Below are positions 11,529 through 22,061 of a stretch of DNA of 64,000 nt, in pieces. A model generated the notes under the pieces. It saw only the letters and a program-made list of their open reading frames with translations. It made no database searches and was not told the origin of the DNA. The number at the start of each line of letters is the position of its first letter. The first letter of the stretch is position 1. The position numbers and the translations under genes were made by a program. Source of the DNA: Moniliella sp. 'wahieum' (lineage: Eukaryota); assembly GCA_003971905.1 (NCBI GenBank), contig RSEE01000023.1:682001-746000 (forward strand). Reading direction: 5' to 3'.

Positions 11529-13266
11529 CCCAAGTCTCACGCCCTCAGGCCTTCCGCGCCTCAGCGCCTCCTCCTTCTGGCCCTGTTGATATCTCGATAT
11601 CGATAGTCACCAATCGCTAATCAATCATTCCACGACAAAGGCGCACGAGCGCCGCTACCCCTAGCCGGCTCTCGGCGCTCTCGGCCGCGACGCTCAGCCA
11701 CTGCAACTCAATAACTCCGGACGCTAGTGCACTCAGTACCCACTACACTCTTCAGTTCGTGCTCCCATGTTTTAGACAACTGGTGTACACGGCGCGCCTC
11801 GAGGCCACTGTCGGCTCTCCACCCTCCATTCCCCCCACCCCCACCCCCACCCTCCACCGCTCTCGGATCTCGACGGGCTCAGCCTGAGCGCTGACACTCA
11901 CCCAAACCAAGTCAGGCACACACCGTCAAAATCTTCGAGCTTCAATCTTCAATTTTTCAATGCCTCGGACCCTCACGTCCTCGGTACTGAGTTACTAGTT
12001 GCTAGTTACTGTGGGGTCCCCCCTTCGCGTCTCTGATGCATGACACATCTGCATCATCCTGAGGCCTGATGCACCTGAGGCCTGGGCCTGAGGCCTGATG
12101 CTTGTTGAGGTCTGAGACACCCTGATCCCCTGACTCAGGTCGCCTGAAGCTCGCCTACTGAAGGCGTGAGGCCTGGGGCCCTGAGGACCGGATGGCATGA
12201 CTGGCGAGGACGGGAACAATCTGAGACCCCTTCTGGTCATTGAATATGGACTCCAGCGGAGAGATGGGAGAGGAGTCGCCACGTTGGGAGAGTGCTCTCG
12301 ATTGCTGTGGCTGGCTGTGGCAGGGGAGTCGATGAGGCTAAAGCTTAAAGGCGCTGTAAGGGTCGGAAATACCGAGTAAAAGGCAGGTTAGGCCGCTTAG
12401 GCCGCTTAGGCCGCGGGTTGCCAGTTAGGCCTCAGCGTTTCTAGTCGCCAGTACTTTTCAAAAAGCAAGCATGTCGTACAAATCTAGTGTTCCCCCGTGC
12501 ATATCTCCGCGAGCAAATGGTGTTTGGGGCTGATGGAGATGGAAGACACTTGTATATACTCGGAAAAACGGGTTGGTGCTGTTGGGAACCGTCGGGCCCA
12601 CGGACTGACTGGCAGGACCAGTACGGGGTTGGGGTACATCAGGAACCGCGGTTCTTTCGTTTGCGTCAAGCCGTGCCCGTCTTTCCCACATCAGTGGGCA
12701 AAAAGGAGCAGAAAAAGATGGCCACTCTGTGATGACCTAGTCGAAAATGGAAGCTAGAAAATGTGGAGCAGCAGTAGATCTCTTTTTTCGTACTTCGCCT
12801 CCTTTTTGGAAGAATTAAGTGGCAGGTATCACTTCCCCCGTTCATAGCAACTGCCCGCCACAGCGACGAGATGTGGCTACTCCCCCGTTCTAAGACGATG
12901 AGAGTATCGCAATGAGCATTATTTTTTAGTACCCGTGGGCTGCAACAGAAAGCAGCTCCTTCTTTTCGACCCAAACATGGCTCATTTGCTGGGTGGGCCC
13001 AAGAAGAGGCCCGGCAAGCAATACCATAAGATTGAGACTGTTCTTCATGCGTTAGTTCAACAGCTGGTGAAGACGATGTGCACCCTGCTCCACCCTCTTC
13101 CCTCTACTCCCCCTCGGCAAATTTTCAACCGGTTACCCGAGTTACCCCTCAACTACCTAGTGCACCGTAGAATCTGCCCATATCAAACACCGCCGTCACA
13201 CCGCCCTCTTCTATAACGAAAACAGCGTAAGGTGCTTTTTAGACCTGCCTTGCTTCGACAGCGGCA

Positions 13267-14760
13267 TCATCGCTTGCGGCTCTTGGATGTGCTGGCAGCG
13301 GGGGCGGCGGCCTTTTTCGTAAGCTCCTTGTTGCGCGCTGTGCGCATGCGCGCCAAGAACTTCAGCACCTGTGGATCACTCCCTTTTACATCCGGTGCGA
13401 CCGGCGTGCCAACCAAAGTGGGGTCTACGCCAGCCGGCCACCACTGCGTTGTCGTCTTGGAATCCTCCGAGCGGGTTTCCTCGCTTGCCCCAGTCCCACG
13501 CCATGCCACAGCTCGTAGTTGCTCAGGATTTCGGAAATCACCTCCTCCACCACGGGCCACGCCACATTCATCCCTGCCAGCACCGTCAGGCCATCTCCCG
13601 GCGGCTGGGGATGGGTGCCACTTTCCTCTGCTCCCGCCACATTCAGAGCGGTGGTTTTCCGGTCCCGTGTCCGGACTGCCATTGCGACTGCTGAGGAGCG
13701 AGCCTTGTCCTCGTCATGATTGGTCTTAACCTCTGCCCAGGCAGAGGCAATCGTCTCCTCCAACGCCTTGTCTCTCGCGTGCTGCCAACGTGCACGGAGT
13801 AGTCGCATTCCTTTTGTTGAGTCCAACACCTTTTTGCACACAGGGTCATATGACAGCATGCTCAGCATTATGCATGCAATGGCAATCGCATACGGCGGAT
13901 AAAGGAGACACGTGTCAAAGCGGTAAATGTCGTTGAGGATAAACCTGCGCGCTAGAGTTAGTAGGCAAAAAGCCAGCCACTGGAGAACAATGCGTACCAA
14001 GCATGCATCAACAACTGATCATCCAGCTCATCCATGCGCAAATCTCCACGGTAAAGGCCCGAATAGTCAGGTGCATCGCCCACCGATGAGGCTGTGCCCT
14101 CGCCCCAGGAGGCCGTGGGGGTTCGCTCCCCCGCTTCCCCCGCTCGTCGTCGCTTGCGGTCTTGAGCTCTGTCCTCACCTGGGGAACGAAAGGAGCCAAG
14201 TTGTTCGGCGATATGAAGCAAAGTTCGATAGGGATGGTGCACAACCAGGTCAAACTCCAGCTTCCAAGAGGTAAAACTCCATCTTGGCAATCTCCCCGTA
14301 GAAAGCGAATGCTTATACCTCGTCTCGTGTCCCGTTTCGAACGACAAAAGTGCTCTTGAAGCTTCTCCTTGCAACATCCTCAGAGGAACCGGCGACTCCT
14401 CCACCTTGCTCGCCACATAGACACACGTAGCAATAACCAAGCAGGGATCGGTGGAACAATACGAGTTTTTGGAATAGAAGCGTTTGAGAAATACAGAAGC
14501 TGTAGCAGAAACCCTCTGGCGTAAGTTAAGCCGCTTACACAGCGACGAAATGGCGTTGGACATCCAGATGCTCAAGGAGCCTAGCTCAGCCGCCGTTGCG
14601 TACCGGCGATCCTCGGCGCGCGCCTGGGCAAGCTGGTGGCGAGTAAATACCCATCGTTGACTGAGGAGAGCGAGAGGGCGGGGAGGGGGTCAGTCATGAG
14701 TGAGAAAGAAGAGAAGATGAGAGCGTACGCTTGCGTCGATGCCCAATAGTTGGCAGCCAT
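13267..14760 (-). CDS. SSN8: Cyclin C, Mediator kinase-module subunit
   Basis: N-terminus MAANYWASTQ. Cyclin box LNLRQRVSATASVFLKRFYSKNS..DPCLVIATCVYVASKVEESP, plus LEFDLVVHHPYR and FILNDIYRFDTCLLYPPYAIAIAC. Confidence 0.92.
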
Positions 14761-15059
14761 GTGAGAGATGGTGGACAGAGAAAGTGAAGCCTTCAGTGCG
14801 TCGTTGGCGAGTTGGCGAGAAATGCGGGAGGTCAAACGCGACCAACGCACATTGCAATGTTGATTAGCTCATCACGTGGGGCAAATGATTGGTACCCCTC
14901 TTTCCTGGTTGTTTACAACGGCCCATTGGTCCACGCGAATGAAGCGCTCATCGTACGGCAAATACCACTGGAAGCGGCTCATCTCTAGTCCAGTTCGGGA
15001 CCTCTCAGATCTCATGACCAAAAGGAAAGATATGATGTTTAACCAATCCAAAAAATAAT

Positions 15060-15141
15060 CTCTCCGACCGGGAATCGAACCCGGGTCTCGTCCGAACGTC
15101 CTGTTGACAGGGACGTGTCATAGCCACTAAACTATCGGAGA
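15060..15141 (-). tRNA. tRNA-Asp (anticodon GTC) with a 10-nt canonical intron at 15095-15104
   Basis: Minus strand folds as acceptor TCTCCGA/TCGGAGA, anticodon stem CGTCC/GGACG with loop CTGTCA^C, and T arm CCGGG-TTCGATT-CCCGG. Pol III T-run just downstream (A-run at 15050-15055). Confidence 0.93.
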
Positions 15142-15367
15142 ATTGTTGTTGCACTGCGTATTTCGATTTACATTCAAATGGTCACAACTGTATCGTTGCC
15201 TGCTTCTTATCTGCATCCTAGACTACTTCATCTTGATCCCCAGAGGAAAGCTCCGCTGTTCTATCGGACTACTGACCCCCCTGAGCCGTGCCCAAGGAAT
15301 GAAGAAGATGAATACTAGTATGATAGGCCAAACGTTCTTTTGACACCACCACGCACAACCATGTAAA

Positions 15368-16751
15368 TCATTCCTCCGAAGAGGTAACATGCACCTGCTC
15401 CTCGCTCACGCCGGAAGCGATGGCCAGAGCCGCTGGAGCATGTACTTCGGTCTGGGGCAAGGGGTGACCGAAATCGTCAATGCCCAAGCTGGCCTGACGG
15501 AATTTCCAGACAATGCACAGGACCAGCAAGGAGCCTTGGAGGGTGCCCGTAAAGCAATACGCCAGCACGCTCGTCCAATTCACCCCGGCCGGAGTAGAAG
15601 ACTGTAGATGAAAATGGCAGTGCCCGGGGTTTGAATGAGCATCGAGGGGATTGACAGCGAGCCCACAAGACGCCGGGTCGCGGTATAGTACAGTTGCGGC
15701 AAATACTGAGCTGCGGCCAAAACAGTAGCGGTGACCCCAAGGAAGGTCGCCCACCCATTTAGGAGCTTGACAGGGCCGATCTGGGACCCTGCTGGCGGCA
15801 AGGGCTCCGGTTCAAACGTGGTGCCAGGCAAGGACAGTACGATGATCATGGTTACAGATCCCACAAAGAGCAAGTGAATAAGGCAGACCCATGCAAGGGC
15901 GGTAGCCAACCCCCACTCGTACGTCTTCGTCCGCCATTTGCTCCGGATCTCCTCCCTCCACAGACCAAACATACTTGACATACCGGCCCGCGGGGGCTCG
16001 GCGATCGTCACCCGTTTCGGACCGGGGCACGGACACCAGAAGCACCGATGGGAGCGAGCGCGCCATCGGCCCCTTGGCGCGCCGGGGCAGCGCTGGGAAC
16101 CGAAGGCGGAGGGGCCACCACCCTCCCTGGCTGAGGTGCCTTCCACATCGGCCAGAAGGAAGGAACGAGCCGTGCAAACGCACTACTGCTCACCCTCCTC
16201 CTTTCTGCGCGTAGTTCAGCATCGGTGAAGCGAGCAATGGTCGATTGCGTGGGGGCTGAATCGACCCCTGAATCAATCGCACTCACCCCCTCTTCCCCGG
16301 AGAAGCCAGAGTCACCCTCCTCCTCTTCGTCGTCATCGGAGAGGGCCACCGCGTTCTCGTACCTCTCCTCCATAGGATAGTAGTACAGATACAGTCCGAA
16401 TCTTGGAGGCGTGTCAGTCAAGCGTCAGAAGAGGGAGAAAAAAGTGGGGAAGAAGGGAACGTACATGACCAAGCCCAACCCATTGGAAACCAACTTGCAG
16501 GACACCCAGCAGGCCTTCTAGGCACAATCCCGCACCCAGCTGGGGGCAGCATTGCACCACCCCCCATTGCAGAGACAGCACATTGAAGAAGCCTGAGGTG
16601 TGGGCCGTGACGCGAGGAATAGGTACCAAGGCGAAAAGCCCAGGGAATTCTTCCCCCAAACAAACCGGATGATTTGGGGGACATACGAACAGGCGAGTCC
16701 GACTAGGAGGAATGCGCCCAAGAACGACCCGAACCTATCGTGCTCCACATG
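15368..16751 (-). CDS. PQ-loop repeat membrane protein; start approximate
   Basis: Two PQ loops: CSYVPQIIRFVWGKNSLGFSPWYLFL and AAQYLPQLYYTATRRLVGSLSIPSMLIQTPG. C-terminal LGIDDFGHPL. Confidence 0.85.
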
Positions 16752-17167
16752 GCACTGGCCGGACGGCTGCTGACTGGGCGGGGGTGGTTGTGGTTGTGGT
16801 CCAAACGTTTTGTCCTGGGGGCGCTTGAAGCTTCACGCGTCACGAGAGGGGGCTGAGTGGGAACAGGCGGCTTATGTCATCGTAATTGGCAGTGCTAGTG
16901 ATCCAAGTGATCCATCCACGCTTTAAAGCGCTGGCCAGACTGTCGGTCTGACGCCGGTAGAACAGCCGTCTAGTCGATCTACCGGCAACCTGTTTGGGCT
17001 TCCATGGGGCTGGATGTCCAACGTCTATTGGAAACCAAAGCTATTCCACAATTCGAGGACCAGAAAGGCGGAGCAGGTTGTGCGCAAACCAAGAATTCGG
17101 CAGAGTGCACCCGGCCTTGGACGTTGGCCTGGGGGCGGGCGCAACTCCAAGGATAGGATGGATGGAC

Positions 17168-17511
17168 CTATCCTCGTCGTGTTGGTGGCAAGGGCTCTGC
17201 CCGAATTGAAGTAAGGTCCGTAGTTCGGTCTTTTTCGACATCCAACTCGCCCACCAAAAGCCTGGCAACAGGATTGTCAGTCCACACCTGAGACAAGAAG
17301 AAGACACCGACATACACTGCATCACCCCGGACAACATGGAGGCCCAGAGGTACCTCCTCCACAGGCTCGTCGAGAGAAAAGATGCGCTCAACGTGTCAGA
17401 CAGGATGAGGCTTCCAGACGGGTCGTAACCCCGGAGCTGGCCGACGATCACCCTCCCATCCTGCATGACAAGCAGGACTTGCTTCTCAGTGTAGGACGTC
17501 AAGCCGCTCAT
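17168..17511 (-). CDS. LSM8: U6 snRNA-associated Sm-like protein Lsm8
   Basis: MSGLTSYTEKQVLLVMQDGRVIVGQLRGYD..LILS..ERIFS..VEEVPLGLHVVRGD, then an intron, then LVGELDVEKD..DLTSIRAEPL. Confidence 0.92.
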
Positions 17512-17825
17512 ATTGGCGCTGGGCGTGCCGGAACACTGTGGTCGGGGGCGGATGCGCGGGAACCGAGGCGGTGGACCGCGCGAGGCGGCGAGAGGGGAGG
17601 CCGGGAGGGTCGAGACAACACGAGCGTGGGTGACTTCTGGGCAGACGCGTCGCATCGCCACGCCCGCAAAAACCCACCCGCCCGAGGAAGACAGCAAGGG
17701 TGTTGGCTGCTGACGTAATCCCAAGCCCACCTACGTGGAGCCAGCAACCGGGTCTCGGCTCGGGCCGCTCGACATTCTTCCCAGCCCCCACCTCCACCTG
17801 CTTGGGCCTGCAACCAGACCGCACG

Positions 17826-18555
17826 ATGAGGCGGCCAGCACCACTCTGCCTCCTCTTCTCGCTCGCGCTTGTCTTTCTGTGCGCATCCGTGGAGGCCATC
17901 AAGTTTGACCTCGTGGCCCAGCACGAGCCGGTGGAGAAGTGCATTTGGAACTATGCCCTGACCGACACCTGGTCGTGGTGACGATCAATGCGGTAACAGA
18001 GGGCAATGCGCAAAACTCGGCGGTGGATGTGCAGATTGTCGATGGATCGCAACACACAACGTATATTGGTCCCAGCATGACGTGCGGAGCGAAACTCGCA
18101 TGGCAATTAACACCCATTCTACTTCGGATCTGGGCGTGTGCTTTGTCAACCGCCTGTCCAAGAGTATGTTACTCTTTTCACCCGTCTCGCCGTCCATCAT
18201 GAATCACTGACCCTTTTGATAAGGTGCACACGACGACCGCCGCCACGCGACGGTCACCACGATTGATCTGGACGTGGACATTGGTGCTGAAGCATTGGAC
18301 TACAATGCGCTGGCCAACCAAGAGTCTCTCTCGGGCTCGAGACGGAGCTGCGCAAACTTGAGGCCGAGGTGGCTGAAATCCTCAACGAGATGGAATACCT
18401 GAAACGGCGGGAGCAACGAATGCGGGACACGAACGAGTCGACGAACCAACGGGTGAGGTCGTTCGCTTGGCTGACCATTATTGGCCTGGTTGCTGTCGGA
18501 CTTGGCAGATTGTGCATCTGCGCAACTTCTTCCGCAAAAGTATTTGATTGATTAA
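17826..18555 (+). CDS. ERV25: p24/GOLD-family cargo receptor (Erv25/TMED10)
   Basis: Signal peptide followed by IKFDL..KCIWNYA, DLDVDIGAEALDYNALANQESLS and EMEYLKRREQRMRDTNESTNQRV. C-terminal TM and FF..KYLID tail. Confidence 0.92.
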
Positions 18556-19861
18556 GTCGCTGCATCGCACTTGCTTCACTGGCTATGACCTCGCAGTTTG
18601 GGGTAATGAGCTAGCTATCGTCATCATGAACACGTTCTCGCATGCCTTATGGCTCTGCCCATGTCGAGTGCATGTCGTCTGACGTATGTCTACGGCACCT
18701 GTTTCGCAGCTGCTGCATGTTCGATGATTGAAGCTCATTAAGCTCTTGGCCCTGTAAGGACCCTGGCAGCCCCAGCATGTTATTTTGTGGGCGTGGAAGG
18801 AAACAATTTGACAGTTTCGCGGGTATTTACAGAGTAAGAGCCAAAGGGGTCCGCTCCCAGTCTACAAGCTATTCTCCCACAAACCGGGAGACCAAAGATA
18901 GGCCATCGCCATGTGTACTTGTGCTTCGCGGTATTCACACCTAGAAACACCGCGTGATGAGTCCATGCACGAGCGAAAGACGAGGCTCTCAGAATGGGGT
19001 GCATAGGCAGCGATGAATTGAGGGGTCATCATGGCAACACGAGAGGATCACCGGTCTGAGTGCCGTAGATGTGAAGTTGGTACGGGCCCTGAGCATTTAT
19101 GGTTGGGGCTTCGTCCCACCATTAGCGTTTAGCGTGTCCACCGTTCCAGCCTGCAACATAGACTAGGTCTCAACCCCATCAATCACATTTACCTACTCGT
19201 TGCAGAGAAGCAGAATTGGGATGCCGATCAGAGCATCAGCCGACCAGGAAGACAGCCGTATTTCGCGTGACATGCCCTAAGATGAAGCGAAACTGAAGGG
19301 GTACGCGAAGGTTGGCTCAGCCTGGAAGAATGGGCTTGATGGCGAAGCAGACGGGGAGAAACCAAAAGGAGGACGCATCGCCGCCTAAGTATACGTGAGG
19401 GGGCAGCAGCACAGAGTCCGCGCGTGTGAAACCAGGGGCTGACTCGCTGACCTCCCGCTAGATATCTTCCAAATGTGGTTCCGACCTTTGGTTAGTCGTT
19501 GAGGGATCAAATACGATTGTGGTGGGAGGTAGGTTCGGCAACCTTTCGACGAGAGACCGCATCATACCATGGGCATTTCTCGCCCGAAATCCATATGCAA
19601 TGAACGCGTCGGCACCAGACAGCAGCAATCTAGCTTGTTAGCGGCTTGCCGAGGCGCGTGCTACGATTCTGCTTCCTGTCTACGGTGACTACATATCGAG
19701 GGAGCTGCAAGGCCAGGAGATAGGATTTTGACGAATACAAGCCGAAAATGGCTAAAAGGGATCCAGAAAAAAAGTAGGAACCAAGGAGATCTGACGCGCT
19801 TGTGTTCAGTAGGGGGGGGGCTTGCCGCCCTTTCGCCCCCACCAAATTTTGTGCAAGAGAC

Positions 19862-21587
19862 TTAGTTGTTCATGTAGGAGCTCGAGTCAATGTGTCGGGC
19901 AGCTCGGGAATGGCTACCTCGAAACGAGACTGAATGTCCAGTACTTCTGGTCCTCCTCCGACGAGACAAACATGATGGCCAAACCCTTCGTGCCAAAGCG
20001 GCCGGCACGGCCCACACGATGGAGATACGAGTCGGCCTCGCCGGGCGTGTCGTACGAGATGGAAACGTTGCCCGCTCCACATCAATACCGCGGCCAAAGA
20101 TGTCAGTGGCAACGAGGATACGCTTCTCAAAGTTCTTGAACTGTTGGTACCGCTTGATCCGCTCCTCCTGGGAAGCGAACCATGGATCGAAATGGAAGGG
20201 AAGTTGCACTCCTGCAACAGCTTGTCCAGTTGATTCGCCCGCGAGACCGACTTGACAAAAATGATGACCTGGTTAAACTCAAGCGTGTCGAGCAAGTCGT
20301 TGAGCTTGCGGTTCTTCTGCGCCTCCTCGAGGCGGACATAGTGCTGCTGAAGACCGTGCAAGGTCAACTTGGTCTCGTCATCAACGTAAATCTCGAGCGG
20401 GTTCTGCATAAACTTCTTGCAAACAGGACGAATCTCCTTGGACAAGGTGGCAGAGAACATCATCACCTGCTTGTGATGGGGCGTGGCGCGGAAAATCTCC
20501 TGCACGTCGCGGCGCATGTCGATCGTTTCAAGCATCTTGTCGCACTCGTCCAGAACAAAGTGCTTGACCCCAGTTGCCTTCAACGACTTGTCCCGTACAG
20601 CGCATTCATCCGTCCGGGCGTACCGACAAGAATGTGGGGGCAACGAGCCTTGTCCTTCAGCAGCGCCTGGTCCTCCTTAATGGGGGTACCACCGTAGACA
20701 ACCGAGGTGCGCACCTCAGGCATGTACTTGGAGAAACGGAGGTACTCGTTCTTGATCTGGAAGGCCAACTCACGCGTGTGGCACATGACGATCACGCTCA
20801 CCTCCCCATCCACCGGTTCAATCTGTTGCAAAGTTGCCAGGACGAAGACGGCGGTCTTACCCATACCCGACTTGGCCTGGCAAAGCACGTCCATGCCAAG
20901 AATGGACTGGGATACATCTTGTTGGACTGTGGAATGAGATGGTTGGGAGGGGTCAGTTGCGGGCCTTCAGCAGCGTGGGTTGGAAATGGCGTACCTTCCG
21001 AAGGGTGCTCGAACCCAAGGTCACTGATGGCGCGCAGAAGCTCGGGCTTGAGCAAAAAGTCACGGAATCCAGTCGAGTGGATGCCTACGTAGGAGCCCTG
21101 ACGGCGGCGAAGAGAAAGGTAAGTAATGGTCGGAGAAGCTGGAGAAAGGTAAACAAATCCCCTAGTCGGGGCGGGGCGGGTCTGGCGTGGTCTGGTGTGG
21201 AACAGCCTGCCTGGCCAGTCCACAACGGGGCTTGCGGAGAAAAGCGGAGGGACAGGGTCCGACGCGTCCAAGCATCCGACAACATTGACCGGGGCCCAAC
21301 GACACGCAGCAACACGTTGCACCTGCGCAGGGGCCGCGCAGAGCACACAGCACAGTGCACCGATCCCGCCGAGACGAAGAGGAGGGTGGGGAATGGGACT
21401 CAGACTAAGATTGCATGCTGACCTTTTGGCGCCGTCGGCTTCGGCCGGGGCAGCGTCGGTGGACTCGCCGGTGGTGGCGGCGGGGGCGGGGCAACAATCT
21501 CCTCCTCGTAGTCGATGAGACTGGGCAGGGGTGGGGTTAGTGGTGGGATGGAGGGGGGGGGTGCGACACATACTCTTCGTTGTCCAT
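19862..21587 (-). CDS. SUB2: DECD-box RNA helicase Sub2/UAP56
   Basis: Motifs [62 protein letters not shown] and [13 protein letters not shown]. At least three introns. Confidence 0.96.
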
Positions 21588-22061
21588 GGCGAAGGGCAGA
21601 TGCACAGGTGGTGGTGGCCAGAAGAAGCGCGGCGGGCGACTCGCGTCGGGCGTGGGCAGGGACCGCCTGGGTCCTGTCGTCTCGGCGTGGCGTGTGCGGA
21701 TGAGGTAAGGGCGCGGGCACCGCACCAGCCTTGCGGCCCTCTCAGAAGAGAGTGCGGCTCGCACAGCGCCAATGCTGCCTGCGTGGCCGGGAGCGGAATG
21801 TTAATGAGGCGAGCGGAACCTGCTGGCATGGGTGCGTTGCGTTGCAGGCCACGTGTTCGCAGTCGAGCTGTGTCGCGGGCGAGGCAGGACGGAAACTTTC
21901 ACCGTGCCGTGCACGACACCAGCGAGGCAGCACTGGAGTGCGGGGGATGGGAGGCGGCGGCGCAGCGCCAGTGTCGGACGCGACTTACGAGATGCCGATC
22001 GGCGCAGCGCCAACTGGACGACCCCCAAGCCGACGCGCCCTCCCGCCCCCGTCCAGCAGCC

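Noticed and set aside
12388..12414. (TTAGGCCGC)x3 as a telomere-like or CRISPR-like repeat
   Set aside because: Three contiguous 9-mers with no spacers: a simple tandem repeat.
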